From the NCBI RefSeq assembly GCF_900096945.1, contig NZ_FMKA01000035.1:7203-39202 (forward strand): a stretch of 32,000 nucleotides of DNA. Direction: 5' to 3'. Below the pieces are notes generated by a model that saw only the letters and a program-made list of their open reading frames with translations, was not told where the DNA came from and searched no databases. Position numbers and translations under genes: made by a program. Below are positions 17,270-26,367 of the stretch, piece after piece (within the stretch, counting starts at the first letter, position 1; each line of letters opens with the position of its first letter). The DNA comes from Anaerobium acetethylicum. Lineage in GTDB: Bacteria; Bacillota; Clostridia; Lachnospirales; Lachnospiraceae.

Positions 17270-18895
17270 ATGGCTTATACTGCCTTATATAGAAAATGGA
17301 GACCGGCTGAATTCGAAGATGTAAAAGGCCAGGATCATATAGTTACAACATTAAAAAACCAGATTAAGGCGGACAGGGTAGGTCATGCATATTTATTCTG
17401 CGGAACAAGGGGGACTGGAAAGACAACAGTCGCAAAGATCTTTGCGAAGGCCGTCAATTGCCAGAGCCCGGTGGATGGGAGCCCGTGCAATGAATGTGCG
17501 ACATGCAGAACCATAGGCGGCGGGACTTCAATGAACGTTATTGAAATTGATGCAGCTTCCAATAACGGCGTTGACAACATCAGGGAGATCAGGGATGAGG
17601 TCGCCTATTCGCCGACCGAAGGAAAATATAAGGTCTATATCATTGACGAGGTCCATATGCTCTCGACAGGCGCTTTCAATGCGCTTCTGAAAACATTGGA
17701 GGAGCCCCCGCCATATGTCATTTTCATACTGGCGACGACGGAAGTCCACAAGATTCCCATAACAATTCTGTCGAGATGCCAGAGATATGATTTCAGAAGG
17801 ATTACCATAGACATCATTTCAGACCGTCTGAGCGAACTGATGAAAGAAGAAAAAATAGAGGTTGAAGAAAGAGCCATTCGCTACGTCGCAAAGGCAGCGG
17901 ACGGCTCTATGCGAGATGCGCTGAGCCTTCTTGACCAGTGCATCGCGTTTTACCTGGGAGAGTCGCTGACCTACGACAATGTTCTGGAAGTGCTTGGCGC
18001 CGTGGATACGGAAGTATTCAGCAGATTTCTTGACGGAGTCCTGAAGAAGGATGTCACGTCACTGATCGGCGGACTGGAAAAACTTATTATCCAGGGCCGG
18101 GAACTTGGGCAGTTCGTGGTGGATTTCACCTGGTATATGAGAAACTTGCTCTTAGTAAAAACTTCTGATAATATAGAAGACGTGATTGACGTTTCAAGCG
18201 ACAGCCTTGTCCGCTTAAAGGAGCAGGCTGAACAGACTGATGTTGATACCCTTATGAGATATATCAGGATTTTTTCGGAACTTTCAGGTCAGATCAAGTA
18301 TGCAAGCCAGAAGAGGGTTCAGATAGAAATAGCGCTTGTAAAGCTGTGTAAGCCCGCAATGGAGACCGATATGGGTTCATTGCTGGACAGAATCAGGAGC
18401 ATAGAGAAGCAGCTCGAAGACGGTGTGATAACAGCAGCGCCTGCCAGTGAAGCGGGAAGCAGCACGCAATATGCCGGCGGACCGGACGGTTCAGCAGGGG
18501 TTTCGCATGCGGCGGGAGAGAAAAAGAAGCTGGATCCTGAAATGCTGAAAGCCGTTCCAGAGGAGATCAAGCAGGTCGCCATGAACTGGAAGAGCATTAT
18601 TAACAGTGCGCCGGATTCGATGAATCCGATAAAGGGAATTCTGAGAACTTCAAGGCTGAGCCTTGGAGGGGACAACAAGCTGCTGGTAATAGCGGAGGAT
18701 CCCACGCGGGAAGGATTCCTGAATACGGAAGACCATAAAAGGGAACTAGAAGAGGTCATAGCAGGTAAAATCAACAAAACTGTCGAGGTTGAATTCCGCT
18801 CAATGGAGAAAGGAAAATCATTCGAAAACAGTTATGTGGATATAGAAAAGCTTTTTAAAGAAACGATTAATATGGAAATTACGGTAGAAGAATAA
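17270..18895 (+). CDS. dnaX: DNA polymerase III subunit gamma/tau
   Basis: YRKWRP..F.DV.GQ, the Walker A motif GTRGTGKTT, the Zn module CQSPVDGSPCNECATC, IIDEVHMLS and SRCQRYDF are present. Confidence 0.95.
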   Translation: MAYTALYRKWRPAEFEDVKGQDHIVTTLKNQIKADRVGHAYLFCGTRGTGKTTVAKIFAKAVNCQSPVDGSPCNECATCRTIGGGTSMNVIEIDAASNNGVDNIREIRDEVAYSPTEGKYKVYIIDEVHMLSTGAFNALLKTLEEPPPYVIFILATTEVHKIPITILSRCQRYDFRRITIDIISDRLSELMKEEKIEVEERAIRYVAKAADGSMRDALSLLDQCIAFYLGESLTYDNVLEVLGAVDTEVFSRFLDGVLKKDVTSLIGGLEKLIIQGRELGQFVVDFTWYMRNLLLVKTSDNIEDVIDVSSDSLVRLKEQAEQTDVDTLMRYIRIFSELSGQIKYASQKRVQIEIALVKLCKPAMETDMGSLLDRIRSIEKQLEDGVITAAPASEAGSSTQYAGGPDGSAGVSHAAGEKKKLDPEMLKAVPEEIKQVAMNWKSIINSAPDSMNPIKGILRTSRLSLGGDNKLLVIAEDPTREGFLNTEDHKRELEEVIAGKINKTVEVEFRSMEKGKSFENSYVDIEKLFKETINMEITVEE

Positions 18896-18909
18896 AGGAG
18901 GAAATAGTA

Positions 18910-19263
18910 ATGGCAAAACGTGGAGGATTCGCGGGCGGAATGCCTGGAAATATGAACAACCTGATGAAGCAGGCGCAGAAGATGCAGAAGCAGATGGAGG
19001 AAACCACACAGGAACTTAAATCTAAGGAAATCACTGCATCAGCAGGCGGCGGAGCTGTAGAGGTAACTGTTTCAGGAGAAAAAGAAATAACAAAGGTAAA
19101 ATTAGCACCGGAAGTTGTAGATCCGGATGATATTGAAATGTTAGAAGACCTTATCATGGCAGCAACCAATGAAGCGTTAAGGCAGATGGAAGAACTGTCG
19201 CAGGCATCCATGGCTAAAATCACAGGCGGAATGGGCGGACTCGGAGGAGGGTTTCCTTTCTAA
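18910..19263 (+). CDS. ybaB: YbaB/EbfC-family nucleoid-associated protein
   Basis: [18 protein letters not shown]...[15 protein letters not shown] is the family signature. The gene sits at the conserved dnaX-ybaB-recR position. Confidence 0.9.
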   Translation: MAKRGGFAGGMPGNMNNLMKQAQKMQKQMEETTQELKSKEITASAGGGAVEVTVSGEKEITKVKLAPEVVDPDDIEMLEDLIMAATNEALRQMEELSQASMAKITGGMGGLGGGFPF

Positions 19264-19859
19264 TGGATTATTATAGCGGACAGATCAGCAAGCTGATTGA
19301 AGAACTGTCAAGACTGCCGGGCATCGGGGCAAAAACTGCCCAGAGGCTTGCATTTCATATCATCAACATGCCAAAAGATCAGGTAGAAGGTCTGGCCAGA
19401 TCCATGGTCGATGCGAAAAATAATATCCGTTACTGCAAGCAGTGCTGCACCCTTACGGACAAAGAGATGTGCCCGATATGCAGCAATCCGAAACGTGACC
19501 AGAAGACGATTATGGTAGTCGAAAATACCAGGGACCTTGCAGCCTATGAAAAAACGGGAAAATACGAAGGCGTATACCATGTCCTTCATGGAGCTATTTC
19601 ACCAATGCTGGGAATAGGACCAAACGATATTAAACTGAAAGAACTTATGCAGCGTCTTCAGGAAGACGTCAACGAAGTAATCATTGCCACCAATTCAAGC
19701 CTTGAGGGTGAGACGACGGCCATGTATATCAGCAAGCTCGTCAAACCGACAGGAATCAGGGTAAGCAGGATTGCAAGCGGAGTTCCGGTAGGCGGCGATC
19801 TTGAGTATATTGACGAAGTGACGCTTCTGAGAGCACTGGAAGGCAGGGTCACAATCTAG
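19263..19859 (+). CDS. recR: Recombination protein RecR
   Basis: [22 protein letters not shown] is the helix-hairpin-helix. The C4 zinc finger is CKQC...CPIC. A Toprim region follows. The gene is coupled to ybaB through a TAATG overlap. Confidence 0.95.
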   Translation: MDYYSGQISKLIEELSRLPGIGAKTAQRLAFHIINMPKDQVEGLARSMVDAKNNIRYCKQCCTLTDKEMCPICSNPKRDQKTIMVVENTRDLAAYEKTGKYEGVYHVLHGAISPMLGIGPNDIKLKELMQRLQEDVNEVIIATNSSLEGETTAMYISKLVKPTGIRVSRIASGVPVGGDLEYIDEVTLLRALEGRVTI

Positions 19860-19905
19860 AAGCTGATTCGGCTTACATATATAGAAACAGAGTTCTGCCA
19901 AGACC

Positions 19906-19946
19906 AGGAGCGGATCATGAGGATGTCATGATCTGCTCCTTTTTTA
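19906..19946 (+). terminator. Intrinsic terminator after recR
   Basis: The stem is aggagcggatcatg with catgatctgctcct, followed by ttttt (19941-19945). Confidence 0.8.
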
Positions 19947-19948
19947 AA

Positions 19949-19983
19949 AATTCATAGGAAATTCCTCGGATTTCCTATGAATT
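19949..19983. other. Perfect 14-bp inverted repeat immediately after the recR terminator
   Basis: aattcataggaaat (19949-19962) pairs with atttcctatgaatt (19970-19983) across the 7-nt loop tcctcgg. Confidence 0.6.
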
Positions 19984-20100
19984 AAAAATGCTCCGCTTTC
20001 ATACAGACTGGAATACTGGCCTTATTTATCTTATAATGATTAAAAACCACTTAACAGAAATGGCATGAAACATCATAACAATTCAGCTGAAGGAGGAGAC

Positions 20101-21648
20101 ATGGGAATAGGAAAGACGATCAAGAGAACACTGTCAGGAATGCTTTTTATCGTAGTTCTGCTTACGATGGTACCAGGTACGTCATTTGCAGCAGGAGGAA
20201 GTCTGAGTGCGCCGACGGCTGTAAAAGAATTCGAATACGACAGTACCGGAAAAGCGGCAGTAGGAAAGGTTCAGTTTACGTTCCAGGCAAATGCAGATGG
20301 TACTTATCAGTATAAAATAACCGATGAGAGTCACGTTGGATTAACGAATACTGGCGAATGGATTACGGTAACGAGTGTGGCCCTCAGATCCTCCTCTGTA
20401 CTGATCCTGTACGCAGGCCATAATGTGACCATTCAGGCAAGAGCTGTCGACAGCACAGGCGCTGTTGGAGAAACGGCTGTCTGCAGTATAACGGAATTGT
20501 CCTCGGAAACGGATGCGTTTCTTTCATCAGGGGCGATAACCGCTGATCAGAGAATGCTTATCACCTATGCAATGAATGAGGCAGGCAAGCCCTATGTATA
20601 CGCAGCTGGGGGACCTGATGCCTATGACTGCTCAGGGTTCGTGCAGGCAGTATATAAGAAAATGGGCATAACGATACCGAGAGTATCTGGCAGCCAGGCA
20701 ACAGCTGGAACAGAAGCAGAACCGGACAGCCTGCAGCCCGGAGATATACTGTGTTTTGCTTCCACCGTGGGAGGAACAAGCGTGTCCCATGTAGGAATAT
20801 ATCTGGGATATGACAAATTTATTCATGCTCCCCGTACGGGAGATGCGGTCAGAATTGCCACCCTTGAAGGATCATACAGAAGCCGGCTGGTAACAGCAAG
20901 AAGATTCCTGGCATCCAACGAAATAGGTGCTTTCGTGTCAAGAATGTATGAACTGGCACTTGGCAGAACAGCGGGCACTGACGAAATCAACTATTATGTC
21001 AACCTTTTGTCGAACAGGAGCATAACAGGTGCGGATGTCAGCTACGGATTCCTCTTCAGTCCGGAATTCATAAACAGGGCACTGGACAACGAGGCATATG
21101 TGAAAGTGCTGTATCAGACAATGATGAACAGGGAAGCTGATGCAGGCGGTTTAGATCACTGGATTGGTCTCCTGAATGGTGGAGTTTCCAGGGAATACGT
21201 CTTCCAAAGCTTTGTAATGTCAGCTGAATACACCGGTATATGTGATTCTTATGGCATAGACCGCGGAGACAAGATACTGACAGATGCAAGAAGCCAGAAT
21301 CCGGGTCTTACAATGTTCGTAAGCCGGATGTACACTGAAGCACTCGGCAGAGAAGCAGAAACAGCAGGACTGGAATATTATGCTGATGCACTTCTGAACG
21401 GAAGAGTGACGCCGGTTCAGGCTGCGCAGAATTTCATATTTTCTCCGGAATTTGAGAATAAGAATCTTTCGGATGAGGCCTATGTAAAGATACTGTACCG
21501 TACATTCATGGGCAGGGATTATGATCAGGGCGGACTGGACTACCATCTGGACAGAATGGCCAATGGAACAGGCAGAGCGGATATCCTTTATGGATTTGCC
21601 TATTCACCGGAATTTCAGGGCATTATAGCGTCGTTTGGTCTGAAATGA
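20101..21648 (+). CDS. Secreted NlpC/P60 (C40) cell-wall peptidase with C-terminal DUF4214-type repeats
   Basis: The ATG at 20101 follows SD aggagg. The signal peptide ends in SFA-AGG. The catalytic region is YVYAAGGPDAYDCSGFV...SHVGIYLG..FIHAP. Two copies of a roughly 110-aa repeat follow (FVSRMY..ALGR......SPEF...L.DEAYVK.LY). Confidence 0.85.
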   Translation: MGIGKTIKRTLSGMLFIVVLLTMVPGTSFAAGGSLSAPTAVKEFEYDSTGKAAVGKVQFTFQANADGTYQYKITDESHVGLTNTGEWITVTSVALRSSSVLILYAGHNVTIQARAVDSTGAVGETAVCSITELSSETDAFLSSGAITADQRMLITYAMNEAGKPYVYAAGGPDAYDCSGFVQAVYKKMGITIPRVSGSQATAGTEAEPDSLQPGDILCFASTVGGTSVSHVGIYLGYDKFIHAPRTGDAVRIATLEGSYRSRLVTARRFLASNEIGAFVSRMYELALGRTAGTDEINYYVNLLSNRSITGADVSYGFLFSPEFINRALDNEAYVKVLYQTMMNREADAGGLDHWIGLLNGGVSREYVFQSFVMSAEYTGICDSYGIDRGDKILTDARSQNPGLTMFVSRMYTEALGREAETAGLEYYADALLNGRVTPVQAAQNFIFSPEFENKNLSDEAYVKILYRTFMGRDYDQGGLDYHLDRMANGTGRADILYGFAYSPEFQGIIASFGLK

Positions 21649-21668
21649 CAGCAGAAAGGAAGTTGAGT

Positions 21669-22154
21669 ATGATTCGGGAATTAAGGGAAAATGACAGGAA
21701 GGCATTCATATCGATGGTGGAGGCATTTTTCAATTCCGATGCTGTCCAGCACAGCATACCGCATGAAAATATTGTCAACACGTTCGATGAGGTAATGTCA
21801 GGATCTCCTTATGCGAAGGCTTATATTATTGAGAAAGACGGTGAAACAGCAGGTTATGCCCAGATCAGCCTGACATTTTCAAATGAGGCTGGAGGGCTGG
21901 TCGTCTGGATCGAGGAACTGTATATCAGAGAGAGATTCAGAGGGGCCGGTCTTGGAAAGGGATTCCTTGCATTCATCAGAAAGGAATTTCAGGGAAAGGC
22001 AAAACGATTCCGTCTTGAAATCACGGAAACGAATACCTCAGCGGAATGCATGTATCTGCGAAGCGGTTACGAACATCTCGGTTACAGGCAGATGGTTCTG
22101 GAAGAGGCACAACAGGGGAACTGTTCACAACCTGATTCATGCGAGATGTTTTAG
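21669..22154 (+). CDS. GNAT-family N-acetyltransferase
   Basis: IEELYIRERFRGAGLGKGFL is the acetyl-CoA binding motif (R/Q-x-x-G-x-G/A). The ATG at 21669 has SD gaaaggaag. The ATGA-overlapping start at 21645 is an alternative. Confidence 0.8.
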   Translation: MIRELRENDRKAFISMVEAFFNSDAVQHSIPHENIVNTFDEVMSGSPYAKAYIIEKDGETAGYAQISLTFSNEAGGLVVWIEELYIRERFRGAGLGKGFLAFIRKEFQGKAKRFRLEITETNTSAECMYLRSGYEHLGYRQMVLEEAQQGNCSQPDSCEMF

Positions 22155-22195
22155 TGAGTATAGGTTAAAGAAAGTCACAGAAAACCCGAAAAATC

Positions 22196-22224
22196 TTGAC
22201 AAGCTTTGAGTATCAAAATATAAT
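22196..22224 (+). promoter_or_regulatory. Promoter of the rib operon
   Basis: The -35 is TTGACA (22196-22201). A 17-nt spacer leads to TATAAT (22219-22224). Confidence 0.7.
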
Positions 22225-22231
22225 GTATCTA

Positions 22232-22436
22232 AATTGAATATTAATCTTCAGGGCAGGGTGCAATTCCCTACCGGTGGTAAAGCCCACGAGCCGAAAGGTT
22301 GATTTGGTGAAATTCCAAAGCCGACAGTAAAGTCTGGATGAAAGAAGATATGAACTTTTGTATGCACGAGTACCTTTGGTATCTGTATCAAGATGTTATT
22401 ATGCCCCTGAAATGTTTATCATTTCAGGGTTTTTTA
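22232..22436 (+). promoter_or_regulatory. FMN riboswitch (RFN element) with terminator expression platform
   Basis: Conserved cores are present: cttcagggcagggtgcaattccctaccggtggtaaagcccacgagcc and gatttggtgaaattccaaagccgacagtaaagtctggatgaaagaaga. The terminator is cccctgaaatg (22404-22414) with catttcaggg (22420-22429), followed by tttttt. Confidence 0.92.
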
Positions 22437-22485
22437 ATACATGTAGAACGTACAAAAGTGATATATAACGGTATATCCAACAGGC

Positions 22486-22517
22486 GCCTTGAACAATCAT
22501 GTTCAAGGCATTTTTTT
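22486..22517 (+). terminator. Second terminator-like hairpin in the rib leader
   Basis: The stem is gccttgaaca (22486-22495) with tgttcaaggc (22500-22509), followed by attttttt. Confidence 0.5.
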
Positions 22518-22556
22518 GTCTTATCAAAAAAGGAGCCTTGATCAAGGAGGTACGAC

Positions 22557-23663
22557 ATGAATGAAATTGAATATATGAAGCTGGCCCTTTCTCTTGCAGA
22601 AAAAGGAAGCGGCTTCGTAAATCCCAACCCAATGGTGGGGGCCGTGATTGTAAAGAACGGCGAAATAATAGGCATGGGATGCCATGAAAAATACGGACAG
22701 CTCCATGCAGAAAGGAATGCGCTGGCGGCCTGCACCGAGCCGCCCGGGGGAGCAGTGATGTACGTTACCCTTGAGCCTTGCTGCCATTACGGAAAGACGC
22801 CTCCCTGCACGGAAGCGATCATCGAAAGCGGTATAAGAAAAGTGGTTGTCGGATCACAGGATCCGAATCCGAAAGTGGGCGGAAAAGGCATAAGGATACT
22901 GAGGGAGAACGGAATTGAGGTCGTGACCGGAGTGCTGGAGGACGAATGCACGGCGCTGAATGAGATATTTTTTCATTATATCGCAACCCAGACCCCTTTC
23001 GTAACAATGAAATATGCCATGACCATGGACGGCAAGATTGCCACATACTCGGGAAAATCAAAGTGGATTACAGGCGGGCAGGCAAGGGAGCATGTGCACA
23101 GATCCAGGCTGAGGCATGCGGCAATCATGGCGGGTTCAGGAACTGTCATTGCCGACGATCCGATGCTTACCTGCAGGATTTTGGGAGGCAGGGATCCGGT
23201 CCGCATAATCTGCGACACCCGGCTCCGGATTCCGACGGAATCAAATATCGTCAGAACTGCTGACCAGATCACGACTTACATTGCCACCACCTGCGAAGAC
23301 CAGGCAAGGCTGAAGCCGTTAACCGATGCCGGCTGCAGAATTCTGACGATCAGTGAAAAAGAAGGCCATATAGACCTTGTGGAGCTGATGGTAAAGCTGG
23401 GCGAAGAAAAAATAGACAGCATACTGCTTGAAGGAGGGGCATCCCTGAATTATTCGGCCCTCCGGGCGGGCATTGTCAATAAAGTACAGGCCTATGTGGC
23501 CCCGAAAATCTTCGGAGGCCGGAATGCAAAAACGCCGGTCGGCGGTGCCGGAATCGAAGCTCCTGAGGAGGCATTCATGCTGAGGGACAGGAAAATAACG
23601 GTCCTGGGAAGCGATATCCTGATTGAGGGAGAGGTGTTAAAAGATGTTCACAGGAATAGTTGA
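22557..23663 (+). CDS. ribD: Bifunctional diaminohydroxyphosphoribosylaminopyrimidine deaminase / 5-amino-6-(5-phosphoribosylamino)uracil reductase
   Basis: The deaminase motifs are HAERNAL and TLEPCCHYGKTPPC. The reductase half includes FVTMKYAMTMDGKIA. Confidence 0.95.
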   Translation: MNEIEYMKLALSLAEKGSGFVNPNPMVGAVIVKNGEIIGMGCHEKYGQLHAERNALAACTEPPGGAVMYVTLEPCCHYGKTPPCTEAIIESGIRKVVVGSQDPNPKVGGKGIRILRENGIEVVTGVLEDECTALNEIFFHYIATQTPFVTMKYAMTMDGKIATYSGKSKWITGGQAREHVHRSRLRHAAIMAGSGTVIADDPMLTCRILGGRDPVRIICDTRLRIPTESNIVRTADQITTYIATTCEDQARLKPLTDAGCRILTISEKEGHIDLVELMVKLGEEKIDSILLEGGASLNYSALRAGIVNKVQAYVAPKIFGGRNAKTPVGGAGIEAPEEAFMLRDRKITVLGSDILIEGEVLKDVHRNS

Positions 23664-24291
23664 AGAAACGGGTGAAATTATTTCTATAAAAAAAGGGGCG
23701 AAATCCTCAATCCTTACAATAAAGGGAAATGTGATTTTCAGCGACCTGAAAATCGGAGACAGCGTGGCAGTCAACGGGGTATGCCTTACAGCGACTGCAT
23801 GTAGCGGAAATACCTTTACGGCAGATGTGATGAGCGAAACCCTGAGCCGCAGCTCGCTGGGAGCGCTTAAATCCGGAAGCCGAGTGAATCTGGAAAGAGC
23901 CATGAGGGCAGACGGGCGCTTCGGAGGACATATGGTTTCGGGACACATTGACGGTACAGGTACGGTTTCTGACATAAGGAAAGACGACAATGCCGTATGG
24001 TATACCATCAGGACAACAGAGAAGGTCATGAGGTATATCGTAGAAAAAGGCTCCATATCGATCGACGGCATAAGCCTGACGGTTGCAGCAGTAAACAAAG
24101 AGAATTTCAGTGTTTCCGTGATTCCGCATACGTTGAAGGCGACAATACTTGGAGATAAAAAGGCAGGAAGCATCGTCAATCTGGAAAATGACATAGTCGG
24201 GAAATACATAGAAAAATTCATGGCCCCGCCCCAGGCGGAGCAGAAACAGAGCGGAATAACAATGGGATTCCTGGCAAAAGCAGGATTTTAA
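23644..24291 (+). CDS. ribE: Riboflavin synthase (alpha chain)
   Basis: MFTGIVEETGEI, the duplicated barrel motifs (GDSVAVNGVCLT and SISIDGISLT) and a 20-nt overlap with ribD support the call. Confidence 0.93.
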   Translation: MFTGIVEETGEIISIKKGAKSSILTIKGNVIFSDLKIGDSVAVNGVCLTATACSGNTFTADVMSETLSRSSLGALKSGSRVNLERAMRADGRFGGHMVSGHIDGTGTVSDIRKDDNAVWYTIRTTEKVMRYIVEKGSISIDGISLTVAAVNKENFSVSVIPHTLKATILGDKKAGSIVNLENDIVGKYIEKFMAPPQAEQKQSGITMGFLAKAGF

Positions 24292-24303
24292 GGAGGACAA
24301 AAC

Positions 24304-25503
24304 ATGTTTCAGTACAATAAGATCGAAGAGGCTCTTGAGGAGCTTAGAAACGGAAAAATCATACTGGTCACAGATAATGAAGACAGGGAAAATGAAGGAG
24401 ACTTTATCTGCGCAGCAGAATTTGCCACAACAGAAAACATCAACTTCATGGCAACTTACGGAAAAGGTCTGATCTGCATGCCCATGAGCGAAAGGCTTGC
24501 AGAGAAACTCCAGTTTCCGCAAATGGCCATAAACAACACGGATAATCATACAACAGCATTTACCGTTTCAATCGATCATGTAGATACGACCACGGGAATA
24601 TCTGCTGTAGAGCGCTCCGTGACGGCAATCAAATGCGTGGAAGAGGATGCCAGGCCGGAAGACTTCAGACGTCCGGGCCACATGTTTCCGCTCGTTGCAA
24701 AGGAACACGGCGTGTTAGAGCGTGAAGGACATACGGAAGCCACTCTGGATCTTGTACGTCTTGCAGGATTAAAGGAGTGCGGACTCTGTTGTGAAATCAT
24801 GAAAGAAGACGGAACGATGATGAGAACGCCGGAATTGATTGAGCTTGCAAAGCAGTTTGATCTTAAGTTCGTTACCATCAGGGCTCTGAAGGAATACCGC
24901 AAGAAGCATGAAAAACTTGCAGACCGTGTGGTCGTAACGAAAATGCCTACAAAATACGGTGAATTCAAAGCATACGGCTATGTAAACAAATTGAATGGCG
25001 AGCATCATGTGGCCCTTGTGAAGGGAGAAATCGGAGATGGCGAAAACGTATTGTGCCGCGTGCATTCAGAGTGTCTGACCGGTGATGCCTTCGGATCAAT
25101 ACGATGCGACTGTGGCGAGCAGTTTGCTGCAGCTATGAACCAGATAGAAAAAGAAGGACGCGGAGTCATGCTCTATATGCGTCAGGAAGGCCGCGGAATC
25201 GGTCTGATCAACAAACTCAGGGCTTATGCCCTTCAGGACGAAGGCCTCGACACGGTAGATGCCAACATCGCCCTGGGATTCGAGGAAGATCTTCGCGAAT
25301 ATTACATAGGTGCACAGATACTCAAAGATCTCGGCGTGAAAACAATGAGGCTCCTCACAAATAACCCTCAGAAGGTATACGGCCTCTCGGATTTCGGCAT
25401 TGAGATCGTGGAGCGCGTGCCGATCCAGATGCCCCTGACAGAGCATGACGAGTTCTATCTGAAGACAAAGCAGGAAAAAATGGGTCATATCCTGAATTAC
25501 TAA
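24304..25503 (+). CDS. ribBA: Bifunctional 3,4-dihydroxy-2-butanone-4-phosphate synthase / GTP cyclohydrolase II
   Basis: DRENEGDFI and GHTEA mark the DHBP synthase half. [15 protein letters not shown] and [11 protein letters not shown] mark the GTP cyclohydrolase II half. Confidence 0.95.
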   Translation: MFQYNKIEEALEELRNGKIILVTDNEDRENEGDFICAAEFATTENINFMATYGKGLICMPMSERLAEKLQFPQMAINNTDNHTTAFTVSIDHVDTTTGISAVERSVTAIKCVEEDARPEDFRRPGHMFPLVAKEHGVLEREGHTEATLDLVRLAGLKECGLCCEIMKEDGTMMRTPELIELAKQFDLKFVTIRALKEYRKKHEKLADRVVVTKMPTKYGEFKAYGYVNKLNGEHHVALVKGEIGDGENVLCRVHSECLTGDAFGSIRCDCGEQFAAAMNQIEKEGRGVMLYMRQEGRGIGLINKLRAYALQDEGLDTVDANIALGFEEDLREYYIGAQILKDLGVKTMRLLTNNPQKVYGLSDFGIEIVERVPIQMPLTEHDEFYLKTKQEKMGHILNY

Positions 25504-25701
25504 ACAAAGAGTATCGGATTGGCAACTATTCAGGACTACGTCCTTCATAGTCACAGATGATGCACACAAATTGCAGTAACAGCAATTTAGCGCATGCAGA
25601 ACTTGGGTTTTCATGCAAGATCAGCATGAAAACACCTCGCGTGACAGGGGGGCCGAACAATTACAACGGCATATTATAAATTATAAAAGGAGATTGTAAA
25701 G

Positions 25702-26169
25702 ATGAAAGTATATGAAGGAAAATTGGTTTCAAAAGAAATAAGGGTTGGTATCGTAGCTGCAAGATTCAATGATTTTATCGTTTCAAAACTTGTTGACGGC
25801 GCTCTTGACGGCCTCAGACGCCATGACGTAAAGGAAGAAAATATCGAGATGGCTCTTGTACCAGGCGCATTTGAAATCCCGCTCATTGCTTCAAAAATGG
25901 TGAAAAGCGGAAAATATGATGCAATCATCTGCCTTGGGGCGGTAATCCGCGGCGGCACCACCCACTATGACTATGTATGCAGCGAAGTATCCAAGGGAAT
26001 CGCAACAGTGTCCATGAACAGCGACATACCTGTGATGTTCGGCGTGCTCACGACTGAAAATATCGAACAGGCTATTGAACGTGCAGGAACAAAAGCAGGA
26101 AACAAGGGATATGACTGCGCAGTTGCCGCGATTGAAATGGTGAATCTGATTTCTGAAATAGAAGCATAA
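25702..26169 (+). CDS. ribH: 6,7-dimethyl-8-ribityllumazine synthase
   Basis: [35 protein letters not shown] and the SD aaaggag upstream support the call. Confidence 0.95.
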   Translation: MKVYEGKLVSKEIRVGIVAARFNDFIVSKLVDGALDGLRRHDVKEENIEMALVPGAFEIPLIASKMVKSGKYDAIICLGAVIRGGTTHYDYVCSEVSKGIATVSMNSDIPVMFGVLTTENIEQAIERAGTKAGNKGYDCAVAAIEMVNLISEIEA

Positions 26170-26184
26170 ATTTCGTAACCATCC

Positions 26185-26207
26185 AGCAGGATGCCATGCC
26201 TGTTTTT
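26185..26207 (+). terminator. Weak terminator after ribH
   Basis: agcagg (26185-26190) pairs with cctgtt (26199-26204) as 6 bp including one G-U, running into ttttt. Confidence 0.35.
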
Positions 26208-26219
26208 AGACTTGCTATA

Positions 26220-26248
26220 TTGCCAGAATAATAACAATATGGTATAAT
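26220..26248 (+). promoter_or_regulatory. Near-consensus sigma-A promoter in the ribH-tal intergenic region
   Basis: The -35 is TTGCCA (26220-26225). A 17-nt spacer leads to TATAAT (26243-26248). Confidence 0.65.
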
Positions 26249-26271
26249 GTTGCCCGAAAAGGTGGTTAATT

Positions 26272-26367
26272 ATGCAGCATCAAACAAACGTATGCCCCTT
26301 TTTCCATGATACGGTTTCCCAAGGGAGCCGGACATGTGCGGAATTGTTGGAAAATCCCGTATTATAA
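26272..26367 (+). CDS. Candidate 31-aa small protein (MQHQTNVCPFFHDTVSQGSRTCAELLENPVL)
   Basis: The ATG lies 24 nt downstream of the -10, with SD aaggtgg (26259-26265) 6 nt upstream. It could instead be untranslated leader sequence of tal-tkt. Confidence 0.25.
   Translation: MQHQTNVCPFFHDTVSQGSRTCAELLENPVL

Noticed and set aside
18518-18540. Possible dnaX -1 frameshift site (GAG AAA AAG, with a -1 frame stop 6 codons later) at a position similar to the E. coli gamma/tau boundary
   Set aside because: The slippery heptamer is incomplete (G AAA AAG rather than A AAA AAG). No downstream stimulatory hairpin or upstream SD-like element is evident. To my knowledge Firmicute dnaX is not known to frameshift. 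A nearby out-of-frame stop is expected by chance.
22338-22541. 67-aa ORF in the rib leader
   Set aside because: It starts inside the FMN aptamer and spans both terminator hairpins. The region is explained by the riboswitch.
23637-24549. Long minus-strand ORFs (194 aa and 280 aa) antisense to ribE/ribBA
   Set aside because: They overlap strongly conserved rib genes. Their translations are Cys/Phe/His-rich with no family resemblance and no SD. This is typical antisense openness caused by codon bias.
25557-25679. 40-codon ORF (MMHTNCSNSNLAH...) in the ribBA-ribH spacer
   Set aside because: There is no SD upstream and it runs through several hairpins. It is more likely non-coding, and the spacer is reported as a structural oddity instead.
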